A stretch of DNA of 64,000 bases from Vicugna vicugna (lineage: Eukaryota), in contig MU058844.1 in assembly GCA_013265495.1 (NCBI GenBank), forward strand, positions 1,370,941 to 1,434,940. The letters run 5' to 3'. The translations under genes were made by a program, and so were the position numbers. This document shows positions 12,770-25,335 of this stretch, piece by piece (position 1 is the first letter of the stretch; every line of letters starts with the position of its first letter). The notes below the pieces were generated by a model that was given only the letters and a program-made list of their open reading frames with translations, was not told where the DNA came from and did no database searches.

Positions 12770-13847
12770 CCCTTACCCCAGGTCACCTCTATAAAATACG
12801 TTAGCTTTCATGTTTAGTGACATCAACAGATTTGAAGAGCATCTTTATTCTGTAATCCTGGTCATAGAGTGAAATGCTAAAGGCTCCCTAGGAAACCACT
12901 TCCTGCCAGGCTGCACTGACTTGCTGGCCTCTGACACTGACCTGTCAACTGAATGGGACATTTCAGCCACTGCGGTCCCACATAATTGTTGTCACGTCTG
13001 GAGAACGTTTGTTTTCTTCCTCCTGTCTCACTGATTTGAATTTTTGATTTTGTTTTTCAATAAGGCAAATCCTGTGGGTGTAAGTTCGCCTATCACCTGT
13101 CCTGGGTCTAGGTTTATCTTTTACTTCGGAAACGAAACTAAATGAGGGTAATGTTGGTAACTGAGCACAGGTTCTCTGGGATCTGTGGCAACAATGCAAG
13201 AAAGACTAAAGTCTATAAATAAACCTAAATTTTAGCCTTCTTCTCTAAAAAGCCAAGAAGAAAACCGTGGGTGGAGCAACTGATTTGAATGTCATTTCCA
13301 TTGTTTTACCTGCTTACAATCTGGCAAAATTTGGAATGGATAAAGTGAAGCCTGAGGTTTTAGATTAGCCCCTATACAACTGAGAGTTGGCTCTTCTGAG
13401 CTCAACAGATACCATAGTTATCATAGAGAGGTGAATACCAAATATGTAATTTATTTAATGCAATGCTTTTATAGGTACAGTATCCTGCCAAGGGATATCA
13501 TTTTAAAATCTAAATGTAACTGTAATTGAAATATGTTATCACTAATATCCGAAATCAGCCGTTTCTAAGGTAGTTTAATATACAGCTGCTTTAAAGTGTG
13601 CTTGCGCATTCGCAGAATGTCAGAGCTGACTTTCAAAGAAAGCTGTCTTCTGGGACATCATTTATTTTTGCTCATAACTTTAATATGATTACCTCCCACT
13701 GTAGCAAACTGATTTACTGTAACATTCTAAAGAGATGTTATCCACAGAAAAAGCTGGAATATTTCCAGTCAGGATGGTCATCTCTGAGAAAGGTAACAGA
13801 AGCTAAAAATTCCATGACACCCGTCTCCTGGGTCCATTTTTAGATTA

Positions 13848-14179
13848 GTTAAACAAGGAAGCCATTAGATGAGGTGGTTCTGATACCTGAACAGCCTACA
13901 TGAGCAAACCAAAACCTTAGACTGTAAATGCCTCAAGGGTAGGGAATGGAAACCTAAGGACAACCAATTACAAATAGCCAATTAGGCTTGTCCCAAGTAA
14001 TGCTTAAGCTGTAGCCAAATAATTTCCTTGCTTTGCTTCTTCCTTTTCTCTGTAAAAGTCCTTTCCCTGGCTCCTGCAGTTGGAGCACTTCTAACCACTT
14101 TGTTGCTGCCTGGTTCCAATCAATTTTTGCTCAAATAAACTCTTAAAATTTGTAACAGGCATCAGTTTATCTTTTAGCA
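13848..14179 (+). mobile_element. ERV1-class solo LTR (MER34/LTR54-like, subfamily uncertain)
   Basis: Repeated CCAAT-like boxes (CAACCAATT, AGCCAATT) and a TGTAAAAG TATA-like site. 3' end GCTCAAATAAACTCTTAAAATTT...CAGTTTATCTTTTAGCA is typical of MER4-group LTRs. Confidence 0.6.
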
Positions 14180-15114
14180 CCATAAAGAAATCATTTATAG
14201 ACCTCGTGTTTGGATGCACAGAGTAATGGAGTAGACCAGATGATTATTCCCCACGAGTAGAATCTTAAGTAGGAGGACTGTTTGTACCACTGGTATGTAA
14301 ACCTCACTTTTTAGGAAAATACAGAAGGGCTCCATAGTTCTGAAGTCTGAATGTGACTTCTTAGGGTTAAGGGAAAATTCAGAGATCTTGCAAACAGTTT
14401 AAACCTTGCAAATGAGGCTATTCAAGCCCTAGAGTAATTCAGAATGCCCAAGCCTTTAGGGCAGTCAAAGAGAGTTCTCAGACCCGAGACTTGAGGCATT
14501 AAGGACCTTGCCTTGTAACCTGATTGGTAAAAGCCTCTGCCTGCTTGTCTTACCTGCTATTCAGGGTAAGTCACATTGCCTTTAGTTATTTCTGATTTAG
14601 GCCTGGCTGGGGATGGATCTGTACTGTTTTGATTGTATCTGCTTGTTCTGATGATCTCATTACTTTGTTAATTAAATTTTTAGCTTATTTTAAACTCTCT
14701 TTAATGGTTCACTTTTAACAGCAGCGAGGAGGAAGTAGCACCTTAGAGAATAGCGTCTGCCCCAAAGGTGGTTCTGAAGCCTGCCTTCCTGTGCCTCAAA
14801 TTATATCCTCTTGCCAGGCCTGTGGGAGAACCCTAAAGACCCAGGTTAAAAAAATTCATCCAGGTAATTTTGGACGACCATAGGCCTAAACTACACTTCG
14901 GAGGAAAAGTGCAAATAGCCTTAAAGCCTCTGGAATTTGCCAGAAAGGAGTGCCCCAGAGGCTGTTCCTAGACCAAAGGCAAGGTCTCTAGCACCACCTG
15001 CCACTGTCCTTACTGGTCTCCCCTTCCTGCTTCTCCCTCCCTCCCTCATCATTTGATTTCATTTGGGAATTATCTCTTCATCTCCTTTGCCCATTTTTGT
15101 TTGGCTGTACATAG

Positions 15115-15140
15115 ATGTGCGTGTGTGTGTGTGTGTGTGT
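15115..15140. repeat. (TG)n microsatellite
   Basis: Direct reading. Confidence 0.9.
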
Positions 15141-16309
15141 ATTAATTGGTTTTTCTGTGTTGTTTATCATGTTGAGATATAATACTAGCTCTCTATTTGA
15201 TCTCTTCATGCAGAGGACAGACTCTGAAAGGATTCTTTTTAGGAATGATTATCTACTAGCCATCTATTCTTGCCATTTTGTCCATATAATGTTAATGCAG
15301 GATATGTGCCCTATTTTAGGTGAATGGGAAACGAAAAATCCAGCTCTTTGCTTATTCTGTCTAGGCTGACCCATTAAGAATATCAACTTTGTTAAACTTG
15401 AAAAAAATATTTTTGCTTAGTTGTCATTAGTCTTTTTCCTTTTGTTCATTGTGGGCTTTGGTGGCTAGACGTTTTAAATTTTCACGTAGTCAAATCTGTG
15501 CTTCTTATTAGGATGTATTTCCACATCAGAGTTTCTTGTACTACTTTAAAAACCAATTAGGAATGTAAATTTTAAAATATATGATTAATATTAAAGCCGT
15601 TTACTTTAAAGACACTTACATTATTGATGTGTTTTGTGACCTTTTTTCCTTTTTAACTCAAAAATTTTATTTTCTTCTTCTGTATGATTTTCTTCTCAAA
15701 AATACATATTATAGAAATACACGTGTCTAAGTGTGTGTTATGTATTTCACCATTTGCAATATTTTTCTCCTCTAAAAAAACAATAAAACAGTTTAAATAT
15801 AATATATAACTGTATATTATAGATGTAATTATATATTACATATCCATAATTATATTATTATATATAATTATCATATAAAATATAACTACATAGCCCAAAT
15901 CAACACAGTGTTTCCTGGTGTTTAGCAGTATGATAGTGGACTAAGAGAGTCAGGAACTTGCTTGTCTGATCTCTGCCACATGCCAGCTATGCGTACTTAA
16001 TACTCTGTAGGAAACTCTAGAAACTTCCTTTTTCCCTTTCTCTTCTTTCCCAAAAAAAGTCAGTCCTAAAGCAGTTAAGGAGAACTGAGCAAGGTAGGCA
16101 TGAGCTTCAGGGCAGGGTTGTGGAGGACAGGGAGCTGGAGTGCTCCAGAGGTTATGTCAGAGCTCAAGTGGAGGAGGAGGACATAGATCTACCCTCACTT
16201 AATACTTATAATGAAAAACAAAAACAAAAACCTTAGTTCAGGGTCCATAGGTGGAGGAGAATATTTCATATTCTTATCAAGAAGTTAACTATTTAATAGG
16301 AAGCCTTTG

Positions 16310-18160
16310 TTATTTTGGATTCTGTTGGTTGTAAGGGATAATAACTAAACTAGCTTAAGGGGAAAAAAGGAACTTATAAGAAGGCTTTGGGGACAGCATG
16401 TAAATCAATGAAGTTAGAACACTCCCTCACACAATACACACAAATAAATTCAAAATGGCTTAAAGACTTAAATATAAGACAAGTAAATGATAAATCTCCT
16501 AGAAGAAAACATAAGCAAAACATTCCCTGACATAAATTTTAGCAATGCTCTACTAGGGCAGGCTACCCAGGCAATAGAAATAAAAGCAGAAATTAACAAA
16601 TGAGACCTAATTAAACTTACAAGCTTTTGCACAACAAAGGAAACCTTAAGCAAAACAAAATGACAACCTATGTGCTGGAAGAAAATATTTGCAAATGATG
16701 TGACTGACAAAGGTTTAATTTCCAGAATATATAAACAGCTCATACAACTTAATAACAAAAACAAACAACACGATCCAAAAATGAGCAGAAGATCTCCACA
16801 AGCAATCCTCCAATGAAGACAAGTGGCCAATAGGCACATGAAAAAATGCTCAATATCACTAATTATCAGAGAAATGCAAATCAAAACTACAATGAGGTAT
16901 CACCCATACCAGTCAGAATGGCCATCATTCAAAAGTCTACAAACAATAAATACTGGAGAGGCTGTGGAGAAACGGGAACCCTTCTACACCATTGGTGGGA
17001 ATGTAGTTTGGTGCAGCCACTACGGAAAACAGTATGGAGATTCCTCAATAAACTAAAAATAGACTTACCATATGATCCAGCAATCCTACTCCTGGGCGTA
17101 TATCGGGACAGAACTCTAATTCAAAAAGATACATGCACCGAGTGTTCATAGCAGCACTATATACAATAGCCAAGACATGGAAACAACCTAAATGTCTATC
17201 AACAGATGACTGGATAAAGAAGTTGTGGTATATTTATATAATGGAATACTACTAAGCCATAAAAAAGAATAAAATAATGCCTTTTGCAGCAACATGGATG
17301 GACCCAGAGATTGTCATTCTAAGTGAAGTAAACCAGAAAGGAAAGAAAAATACCATATGATATCACTCATATGTGGAATCTAAAACAAAGAGAAAAAGAG
17401 GACACTAGTGGACTCAACTACAAAACAAACAGACTTGCAGACATAGTAAACAATATTATGGTTACCAGGGGGAAAGGGGTAGGAAGGGATAAATTTGGGA
17501 GTTTGAGATTTGCAAATGTTAGCCAATAAATATAAAAATAGATTTAAAAAACCTAACTTTCTTCTGTATATCACAGGGAACTATATTCAATATCTTATAA
17601 TAACCTTTAATGGAAAAGAATATATGTATATACATGCATGACTGGGACATTGTGCTGTACACCAGAAATTGACACATTATAACTAACTCTACTTCAATAA
17701 AAATTTTTTTAAAAATTTAATTAAAAAAAAAAAAAAAGGCTTTGGAGATCTCTCACAGAATCTGAGAAGGTAAACAACCAAGACCCAGGAAAAGCCAGAA
17801 TGCAGTGGAGCCCTCAGGAGCAACTCAAGTCAGGAGCTTAAATATCCCCAGGAAGTTCTCTATGCCTTTCATCTGTTTCTCTTTGCAATGCATTCTCGGT
17901 TTCTCTTTCGGTGTTCTTCACATGGTAGGAGAAAAAATGACTGCCAAAAGATTCAAAATTTTTCTTGTACACATACAACACAGGAGAAAAACCATCTTGA
18001 GTTACAGTGTCTCCAGGTCCAGAAATTCCGTGAATGAACTCCTTGGCCAGCTCAGGCACCCAGTCATGGCTGCTCCTGCAACCATGGAGTCGTGAGAGAA
18101 TGAGGTAATGAGGGAGTATTTGAGGGATTTCCAGAATTGAGATGCTGTGCAGATAACCCA
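16310..18160 (-). mobile_element. Old MaLR LTR (MLT1J-like) split by an L1 insertion
   Basis: GGATTCTGTTGGTTGTAAG...AAACTAGCTTAAGGGGAAAAAAGGAACTTAT before the L1, continuing as TCTCACAGAATC... after it. Edges approximate. Confidence 0.55.
16393..17737 (+). mobile_element. 5'-truncated LINE-1 (ORF2 3' end, 3' UTR, poly-A)
   Basis: ORF2 peptides [23 protein letters not shown] and CWRGCGE.GTLLH.WWEC-like LPYDPAI. Poly-A 17723-17737. TSD core AAGGCTTTGG at 16381-16390 and 17736-17745. Confidence 0.92.
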
Positions 18161-18399
18161 TACACATCTAGTATGTAGAACTTCCTACTTATCTCCACCT
18201 TTTAGGGCTAGAGGTGATCAGTTCTGCTTAAAACTTACTCCTAGTTAGCACTGTTCTCTGCAAATGACTACACTCAACTCTGATGGTGAACTAGGAAAAG
18301 GACAACATTTATAGAAGTGAGAATTTCTTGGTTAGTATGTTGCCTTCTGTGTTACATGGTGTTTATAAGAAACCGTCAAAAGTGGAGTGTAAGTATAAG

Positions 18400-19040
18400 C
18401 ATATTTTCAATGAATAAATTCTACCAGTTACTTCCCCAAAAGATTTCCCTATAACTACATGAGCACTGGACCTCGTTAATCTTTTTAATATTCATCAATC
18501 TGATAGGTAACAAATGGCGTATTGTTTTGTTTTGCATTTTCCTGGCTACTAAGATTGCATATCTTCTGTATTTATTATCTACTTCCTTTATTCTCTAGTA
18601 AGTTGCCTGTTCTATATTTTGCCTATTTTTCTCTTGTTTGTTTTTTTTCAACTTGTTCTTTGTGTGAAGATAATTAATTTAATTTATTACATTTTATTTT
18701 TTATTTACTATATATTTAATATTAATGATACTTGTTTATTTGTCACATACATCACCAATTTTTTTTATTTTTTACCTATAATGTGCATCAGCTTAGTTTA
18801 TGTTTCTTATACCAAAATATCTTTTTTTATTTTTTTGTCAGATGTCTTAATCTTTTCCTTTAAGGATGCTTATCTTCCTGACTTACCTAAGAAAGTTTTC
18901 CTACCCCTCTCTACTCTTGTGGATCTGCACATGTTAAAACTTTTCTTCTACTCATTTTTATTTTAGCAGTGTAGTCCAAATGGATTTTATTTTATATATG
19001 ATGTAGCAGTCTAACTTTCTTTCAGCTGGAAAACCATTAT
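18400..19040 (-). mobile_element. Old L1 (L1M-type) fragment
   Basis: T-rich with degenerate antisense ORF2 motifs (CAATCTGATAGGT...TTTGCATTTTCCTG...TTGCCTGTTC...TTTTGCCTATTTTTCT). Confidence 0.55.
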
Positions 19041-21687
19041 ATAAAATAAATAAATAAAATAAATAAATCCCCATCTCTCCAAACATACCCCTCAGAGTGG
19101 TACACATTTTGTGTTAAGACTTCTTCCTGTGCACATATAATCCTTTGATACTTGTGTATGTTTATTTATATGTACACACATATCCATCCATACACAAATA
19201 AACACTATATGTTTAGCATTGTCTGTTTTTATTTTATTGTTCTTCAGCTTGCTTTCTTTGGTTAAAATGCTGAGAAGAAACTCCAAACCAGTCATTCTTT
19301 TAAAAGGCATTCTTTTAAAAGCATTCTATCTTAAGAATTGACAAGCCTGACTCATTAAGCCATGGCCAATTAACTGTTCCCAGCTGAAGAAGTCCCCAGG
19401 GGAAAATCTTCAACTGCCCCAGCTCTCCCAAGTACTGCTCTGAGTGGTGAGCCCAATCTCTACAAAGTTCTTTACTCAGCTTCCCTTGGACAGAGTCACA
19501 GCATCTGCCTCTACAAAGAGGGCAACCTTCTACTGTGCCACCTTCAGTCAGTAAGCTCGATAGTCTCTCAACATTCTGCACTGGCTCCCTTTCTTCTTAA
19601 TGAGTTGCAGGTCTGACTTCTCCATTTAGTGCCTTGCATGAAAAAGAAGCATATAAAGCATAACTATTCCATTGCTGACCTTTTGAATCTATGGGAGGTT
19701 TAGGGGTGTATACAGTTAAAAATAGCTGAAGACTCCTGCAATATTTACTGATCTCTCATCAATCTTTGATTCCATAGACAGGTACCACTTAGCCAAGCCA
19801 TATGATTTTGATATTGATTCAAGGTTTTTAATCTTCACTCAGGGCTTTTACTGCCATAGAATCTCAAGCAAGGTTCATTCATTCCTTAAGTATGTATTGA
19901 TGCTACCATTTACCAAGCACTGTGTTAAGTGCTGTGGATATACCGGTGAGCAGAAGAGTCACAATGCTGGGTAGTTATGGACTTCCTTGAACAAATTCTA
20001 ATCCCAAATGTGATTAAAAGCATTCTCTGTCCTCAGTTCTCCTTTCAAACAACTATTTAAATATCTGATGCAGATTTAGCCTCCCTTATGCCCTCCTGCC
20101 ATAAGAAACAACAAGCTCAGCCTCTTTTCCTAACTAGAAGAAAAGGTATTTTATGCCACAGGCACCACCATAACACTTTTCAAATAATTAGCGTCTTTCT
20201 AACAGAACCAGTTATATGGTATATGTTAAAGATAATTTGGTATTCAAGAAGTATTTATTGAGACCCTATTATATGTTAGACATGCTGTTCTAGGATCTAG
20301 ACCCAGAAGCTAGTTTTTGGGCCATGGACCTTTTTAGCTTAGGTTTATGAACTCTTTCTCAGAATGGTATTTTTATAAATGCACAAATGAAAATACATTG
20401 CATTGCAAAGGAAACCAATTGCCTTGTACCTTGGTTAACAATGTTAATTCATTTCTGCAGACCCTGCTGTTAAGTGAAGTCTTTAAATTAAAAAAAAATA
20501 CTCCATTAATTTTAATGGGTAAATTTATTATGTATTACATCTTAACCTAAGACACCCAAACCATTTTCTTTCTTTGTTTGTTTTCAAACCATTTTCAAAG
20601 ATATAAATATATATATATGTAATACAGATATAAAGGTATGTATCATGTATATCCTCACACACATATATGTAATGAAGGTAATTTTGTATAAGCAATAATA
20701 AAGAATTAAAAAATTTGAAAGTAAGCAAACATAGTAACCCAGTGAAGGTTTATTGTACTCACTAAATGAAGAAGAGATGACTGGATAGTGGGTGATATAT
20801 GTACAGGGAGGGAGTAAGGGAGTTTGGAATTGGAAACCTCATTATTCTTCCTGCACAAATTTCTTCACAGGGTTTTCAATCCTTTGAAATTGGAGATCAT
20901 TATTATTGAGGTCAAATTTTGCTTAAAATAAGCTAAAAATTTATCTCTAGAGCAAAAATAAAAGCAAAACATATGCACACAACAGACCAAAGTGTTATAA
21001 GAAATGGAGATGCTATGTCTTCATCTCTTGTGTGCTGTTCACAGGCAAAGCAAGCATGTTTGTGTTCATCCAAACATAGCAATTTGTTCTGATATAGATT
21101 TGTTCCCTATGATACTTTGACTACAGAAAACTCTGTTGAGTGAATTGGTGAATACTTCTTTGCCTGAGATCATAATATTGACTCAATTTCTCACAGTATA
21201 TGTACTTAGTGTATTTTGGGTAAAATTTTTCTTTATGATGGAAATAAAAAGAAGTTCACCTAAGTGATATGACTTCTTAAGGGTTGTATTGCTGAAAGAT
21301 CATTAATTGAACATTCATTTGGTGAGGCACATCTGTTATTAGCTATTAGCCATATTAATCTATAGACAAAACTTAAGGAAACCATGGATTCGGGGAGAGG
21401 TTAAAAAAAAAAAAGCTGAACAAAACAGACACAAATCCCCACCTCTAAGGAGCTTATATTCTTCACAGTCTACATGGATGATAATTCCATTCATGGGGTC
21501 AATTTGTGCAGCTCACAGAAGGTGCATTTTGTCCCTTATTTACGGTCCCATCACAACACAGTCCTCCCCTAAATCAAAGTCCCAAGGAAGTACAGTTATC
21601 CCATTAAAGGTTTATTTACTTAGATGTTTACCATATCCTTCAGAATCTTCTGTCATGATCATTTATTCCCTGCTACTTGACCTGGAT

Positions 21688-21903
21688 CAGGAATAGGCAA
21701 AGTATTGCCCAAGGGCTAAATCCATTACCTCCTGTTTTTGCAGAGTTTGATTGGATCACACCCACTGCTGATTTTGTTTATGGCTGCTTCTGCACTGCAA
21801 TAGCAGAGTTGAATAAATGTGACAAAGATTCTGTAACCACAAAGTAAAAAATATGTACTATCTGGCTCCTTATTTAAAAAAAAAACAAAGTTTGCCCATC
21901 CTG
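21688..21903. mobile_element. MER58A-like hAT-Charlie element
   Basis: CAGGAATAGGCAAA...TATGGCTGCTTCTGCACTGCAATAGCAGAGTTGAATA...TACTATCTGG...AAAGTTTGCCCATCCTG, with terminal inverted repeats. Confidence 0.75.
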
Positions 21904-22039
21904 ATCTAAATTTCTAGTGTTTCAAGTACTGTTGAACATTTAAGCAGATCTAAAGAAGCTTCTTAGGAGATGTGGCCTTGGTTACAGATTTACTTATAGC
22001 TCTCCTATAAAGCAATCTTCCAGATAAGATTAACATCTT

Positions 22040-22179
22040 TTTTAAAAAATTTTTTTCTTAGAGGAAAGGTAATTGGTTTTATTTATTTATTTATCTTTTT
22101 AAAGGAGGTACTGGGGATTGAACCCAGGACTTCATGCATGCTAAGCAGGCACTCTACCACTGAGCTATACCCTCCCCAC
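22040..22179 (-). mobile_element. tRNA-Ala-derived SINE (vic-1-like)
   Basis: GGAGGTACTGGGGATTGAACCCAGGAC...CTAAGCAGGCACTCTACCACTGAGCTATACCCTCCCC. TSD AAGATTAAYATCTT at 22026-22039 and 22180-22193. Confidence 0.9.
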
Positions 22180-24207
22180 AAGATTAATATCTTAAAGCAG
22201 TTTACAAGGTGCCTCAGGCTCTGGCCTCACATGCTTTTCCAGTCTTATCTTTGGTCTCTTTCCTCTTACTCTCCCTGTTAGGACTACGGGGTTCTGCTTT
22301 TAGCAGACCTGTGTTCTCTCTGTAAATTATTTCCTCAGTCTGGAGAGCAGCTCTCATCCCCTGCAGATCCCATCCAGGTTAACTCATCCTCATCTTCAGA
22401 TTTCTGACTAAAGATTGGTGCTGTAGGAAGGATTTCTCTGATTGTCCTTCTCATCATCCCTTTTTCCCTTCCTTTAGGTTAGACTTTCATACCTCCTGTA
22501 TTTCTTTTATACAACAATTTTCAGAATGGCAAATATATACTTCCTTAGACTGTTTAATTTCAGTCTTCCTACCAGATTCCATAAGGTTTGGAACAGATCT
22601 ATTCTATTTGTGGATGGGTCTTCAATGTTTAGCCGGTACCTTGTTGATCAATCAAATCTGTGGGATGAACTAACTCTATAGAACACTTATACATGAGATA
22701 TTTAGCAGTGAACTTGTTCTTAGCTCTTGTTGGGAATGACAAATTAAGAATGTACTATCTAAAAAAAAAGAGAATGCACTACCTGAAGCATGTTTCCCTA
22801 TATGTTTTATAAAATTATTAAAATGTTTCCATATTATAAATTTATAAATTTATCAGAGTTTAATGTTACTACATTGTGTCTTTTTTTTTTTTTTTTAGTT
22901 AGCAAAAGCAATATACTTTATTGTGTTTCTCTTTTTCCTGGACACCAATAAGCTCAAAAGTAAGTGTATTGCTTATTTATAGCAACATTCTCCAAACTCT
23001 ACTTTCTTTACATAGCTTATTAGACTTTTTATTTATTTATTTTAGAAAATATGTTAAATATCTGCTTGTCAAGTTGCTTCAGTTTTGCCTAATTATATCT
23101 TGATCCTTTTTAAGACTCATAACTTTTCACATTGGAGTAAATCCAAAAAGTAGAAAAACAGCACCTCTCCGGTCTGAACAATTGCTAAGAATGGAAACTA
23201 CAACCAGATTCCAGTGGTTCTAATTGTCCAGATTGAAATGATATGACTATCTTAGGTGTGGGGGAGAGTGGTGTCCTTGAAGTCACTTTAAAAAAACAAA
23301 AAAGCAGCAGAATAAACTGGAGTCGGTTATCCACTTTTCGTAGAGTTCGAACAACTTATTAATACACTGTGGTAGCAACTAGGCAAAACTTGGCTTCTCA
23401 TGCCATACATGCAGGGGATGGCCTTGCCTGTGCATATCTCGTTTGAAAACTTGAACCTGCTAGGTCACTGCTTGCTTCCCTGTAGGCTGGCTTTCAAGTT
23501 ACTTCTCTTGCCTCCCTAAATATAGCAGAGGGAGTTGGGGGGAGGGAGGGATGGGAAAGGAGGTGACTTAAAAGAGCTCATCTGTTTGGGAGGTGGGGGA
23601 ATTTAATCATAAGTTTGCACTCTCTTCAGATGATTAGACAATGAGTGTTTATAAAATCAAGAAAAATGTCCCCCCCCCCGAGTTTTCTTTTCAAAGACTT
23701 CTCTGTGCACTCTGGCTAATTTAAAAAGAGCCCCATAGGGTGCTTATTTTTTTACACATATATTGCCAGAGTAGTTCCTGTTTTGGTTTAAATGTGTTCC
23801 TTCTTTTTACTCAGATGAAAGAGAACTTTCTTTAAAAAGGACTTGTCTGCTGACTTTGTTTGTTAAAATGAGCCTAAATAAAGCTTCTGTTAAGGGTTTA
23901 ACTGTTTAGCTAAATCCTCTCAGCTAAATTATCTGGCAGATTTTCATTCTTTGTTGGACGATGTAACTTGAGTGTTCTTATTACCCTCTTTCCTACCTGA
24001 AATTTCTGCCTCACCTGAGGACTCCTCTGAAGAGAATGTCTGGAGGAAAGAGCTTTTTTCTCTCAATTCAGTTGGCTTATTCTTTGTGCAGTTTGACGTT
24101 GGGGTGTCGGTGTGTGAATATGTGAGGCACCAAAAGTGAGCAAATCATTAATTCTGCAGCAGGCAATGGCCTGGTAGAGGAGTGGCTAGGTCAACCTATG
24201 GAGAAAT

Positions 24208-24766
24208 TGTTACCCCAAAAGGGGAAGGGAAAAGACCCAAGTTCTTGCCTTACCTGAAGTATATGAATTCAGACAGGATATGGAGTGTTGTGTAATGAAA
24301 GATTTTAAAGGATTTATTTAACAAAGGGAAAGTACACCTCTAAGAATGGGAGGCGGGCTGATCCAAGGGAGGAAAAGCGGCGGTCTTTGCCCCTTCTCTT
24401 ATACCCTGGTTTAGAGATGGTCTTTTGATTGATTGATGGCTCTTGCCCCTGGAGTGTTAGTCATGTTTGTCCTCTTTCTGCATGTCTTTACCCATGATTC
24501 ACTCAGAAAAACCCATGGGGGTGGAGGGCCTAAACAAACCTAATGCTAATTATATTATGGTGAGCATTGGGTTATGTCCAGTTAGGTCCTTCTCACTACC
24601 ACACAGTTTCGGCTATCAGGTTCTAACTGTTCGGTTTCTTGCTGACACTCTTTTAGAGGAAGTAAAGCCCCTTTATGCTGGAGGCGGGTATAATGCCATC
24701 TTGCAGACCATCATCTCTCTCTTCTACTTTATCTGCCTGGTGCCCCACTCATCTAACTACCTAACA
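24208..24766 (-). mobile_element. ERV solo LTR (559 bp, probably ERV1 class)
   Basis: Termini TGTTA...TAACA form a perfect 5-bp inverted repeat. 4-bp TSD AAAT at 24204-24207 and 24767-24770. Minus-strand TATA-like (about 24398-24404) and AATAAA (about 24313-24318) are in the correct order. Confidence 0.8.
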
Positions 24767-24884
24767 AAATGACATCTCAAAGCCTTTAGAGAGGGTAGAA
24801 AAATGTCTAAAGGGGAAAGGCTGTGGAAAGTCGAGGTAGAAGAAGCCCCCAAAGTTGGCCCCTGTCAGCCTAACGTTAAGCTTT

Positions 24885-25335
24885 CTTAGTGCGGGATTTT
24901 ATTCAAGAGGAAAGATACAACAGGAGGAAGGAAGGAAGCAAAGAAGGAAGGAAGGAAGGAGTTCCTTGATACATGCTGATGACGGATGAAACTCAAAAAC
25001 ATTAAAACGTGAAAAAAAAAAAAAAAGAAACTCAGAAACATTATCCTGAGTGAAGCAGGCAGATACAAGAGACCACATATTGTATGGTTTCATTTATATA
25101 AAATGTCCAGAATAGGCAAACCTATAGAGATAGAAAGTAGGTTAGTAGTTTCCTGGGAACGGCAGGGCCAGGGGTGAGATAGAGATTTGTTGAGGGAGAT
25201 GAAAATATTCAGAAACTGATTATGGGGATGGCTGCACAACTTGGTAAATTAACTCAAAATCATTGAATTGTACAATTGAAATGGGTGAATTTTATTATAT
25301 GTAAAATGTGTCTCAATAAAGCTCTTTTTAAAAAA
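24885..25335 (+). mobile_element. L1MB-like 3' end
   Basis: CCACATATTGTATGGTTTCATTTATATAAAATGTCCAGAATAGGCAAACCTATAGAGATAGAAAGTAG...CATTGAATTGTAC...TCTCAATAAAGCT. Confidence 0.85.

Noticed and set aside
14986..15010. Possible CTCF site (reverse GGCAGGTGGTGCTA)
   Set aside because: The 5' half of the core mismatches the consensus, so it is too weak without ChIP data.
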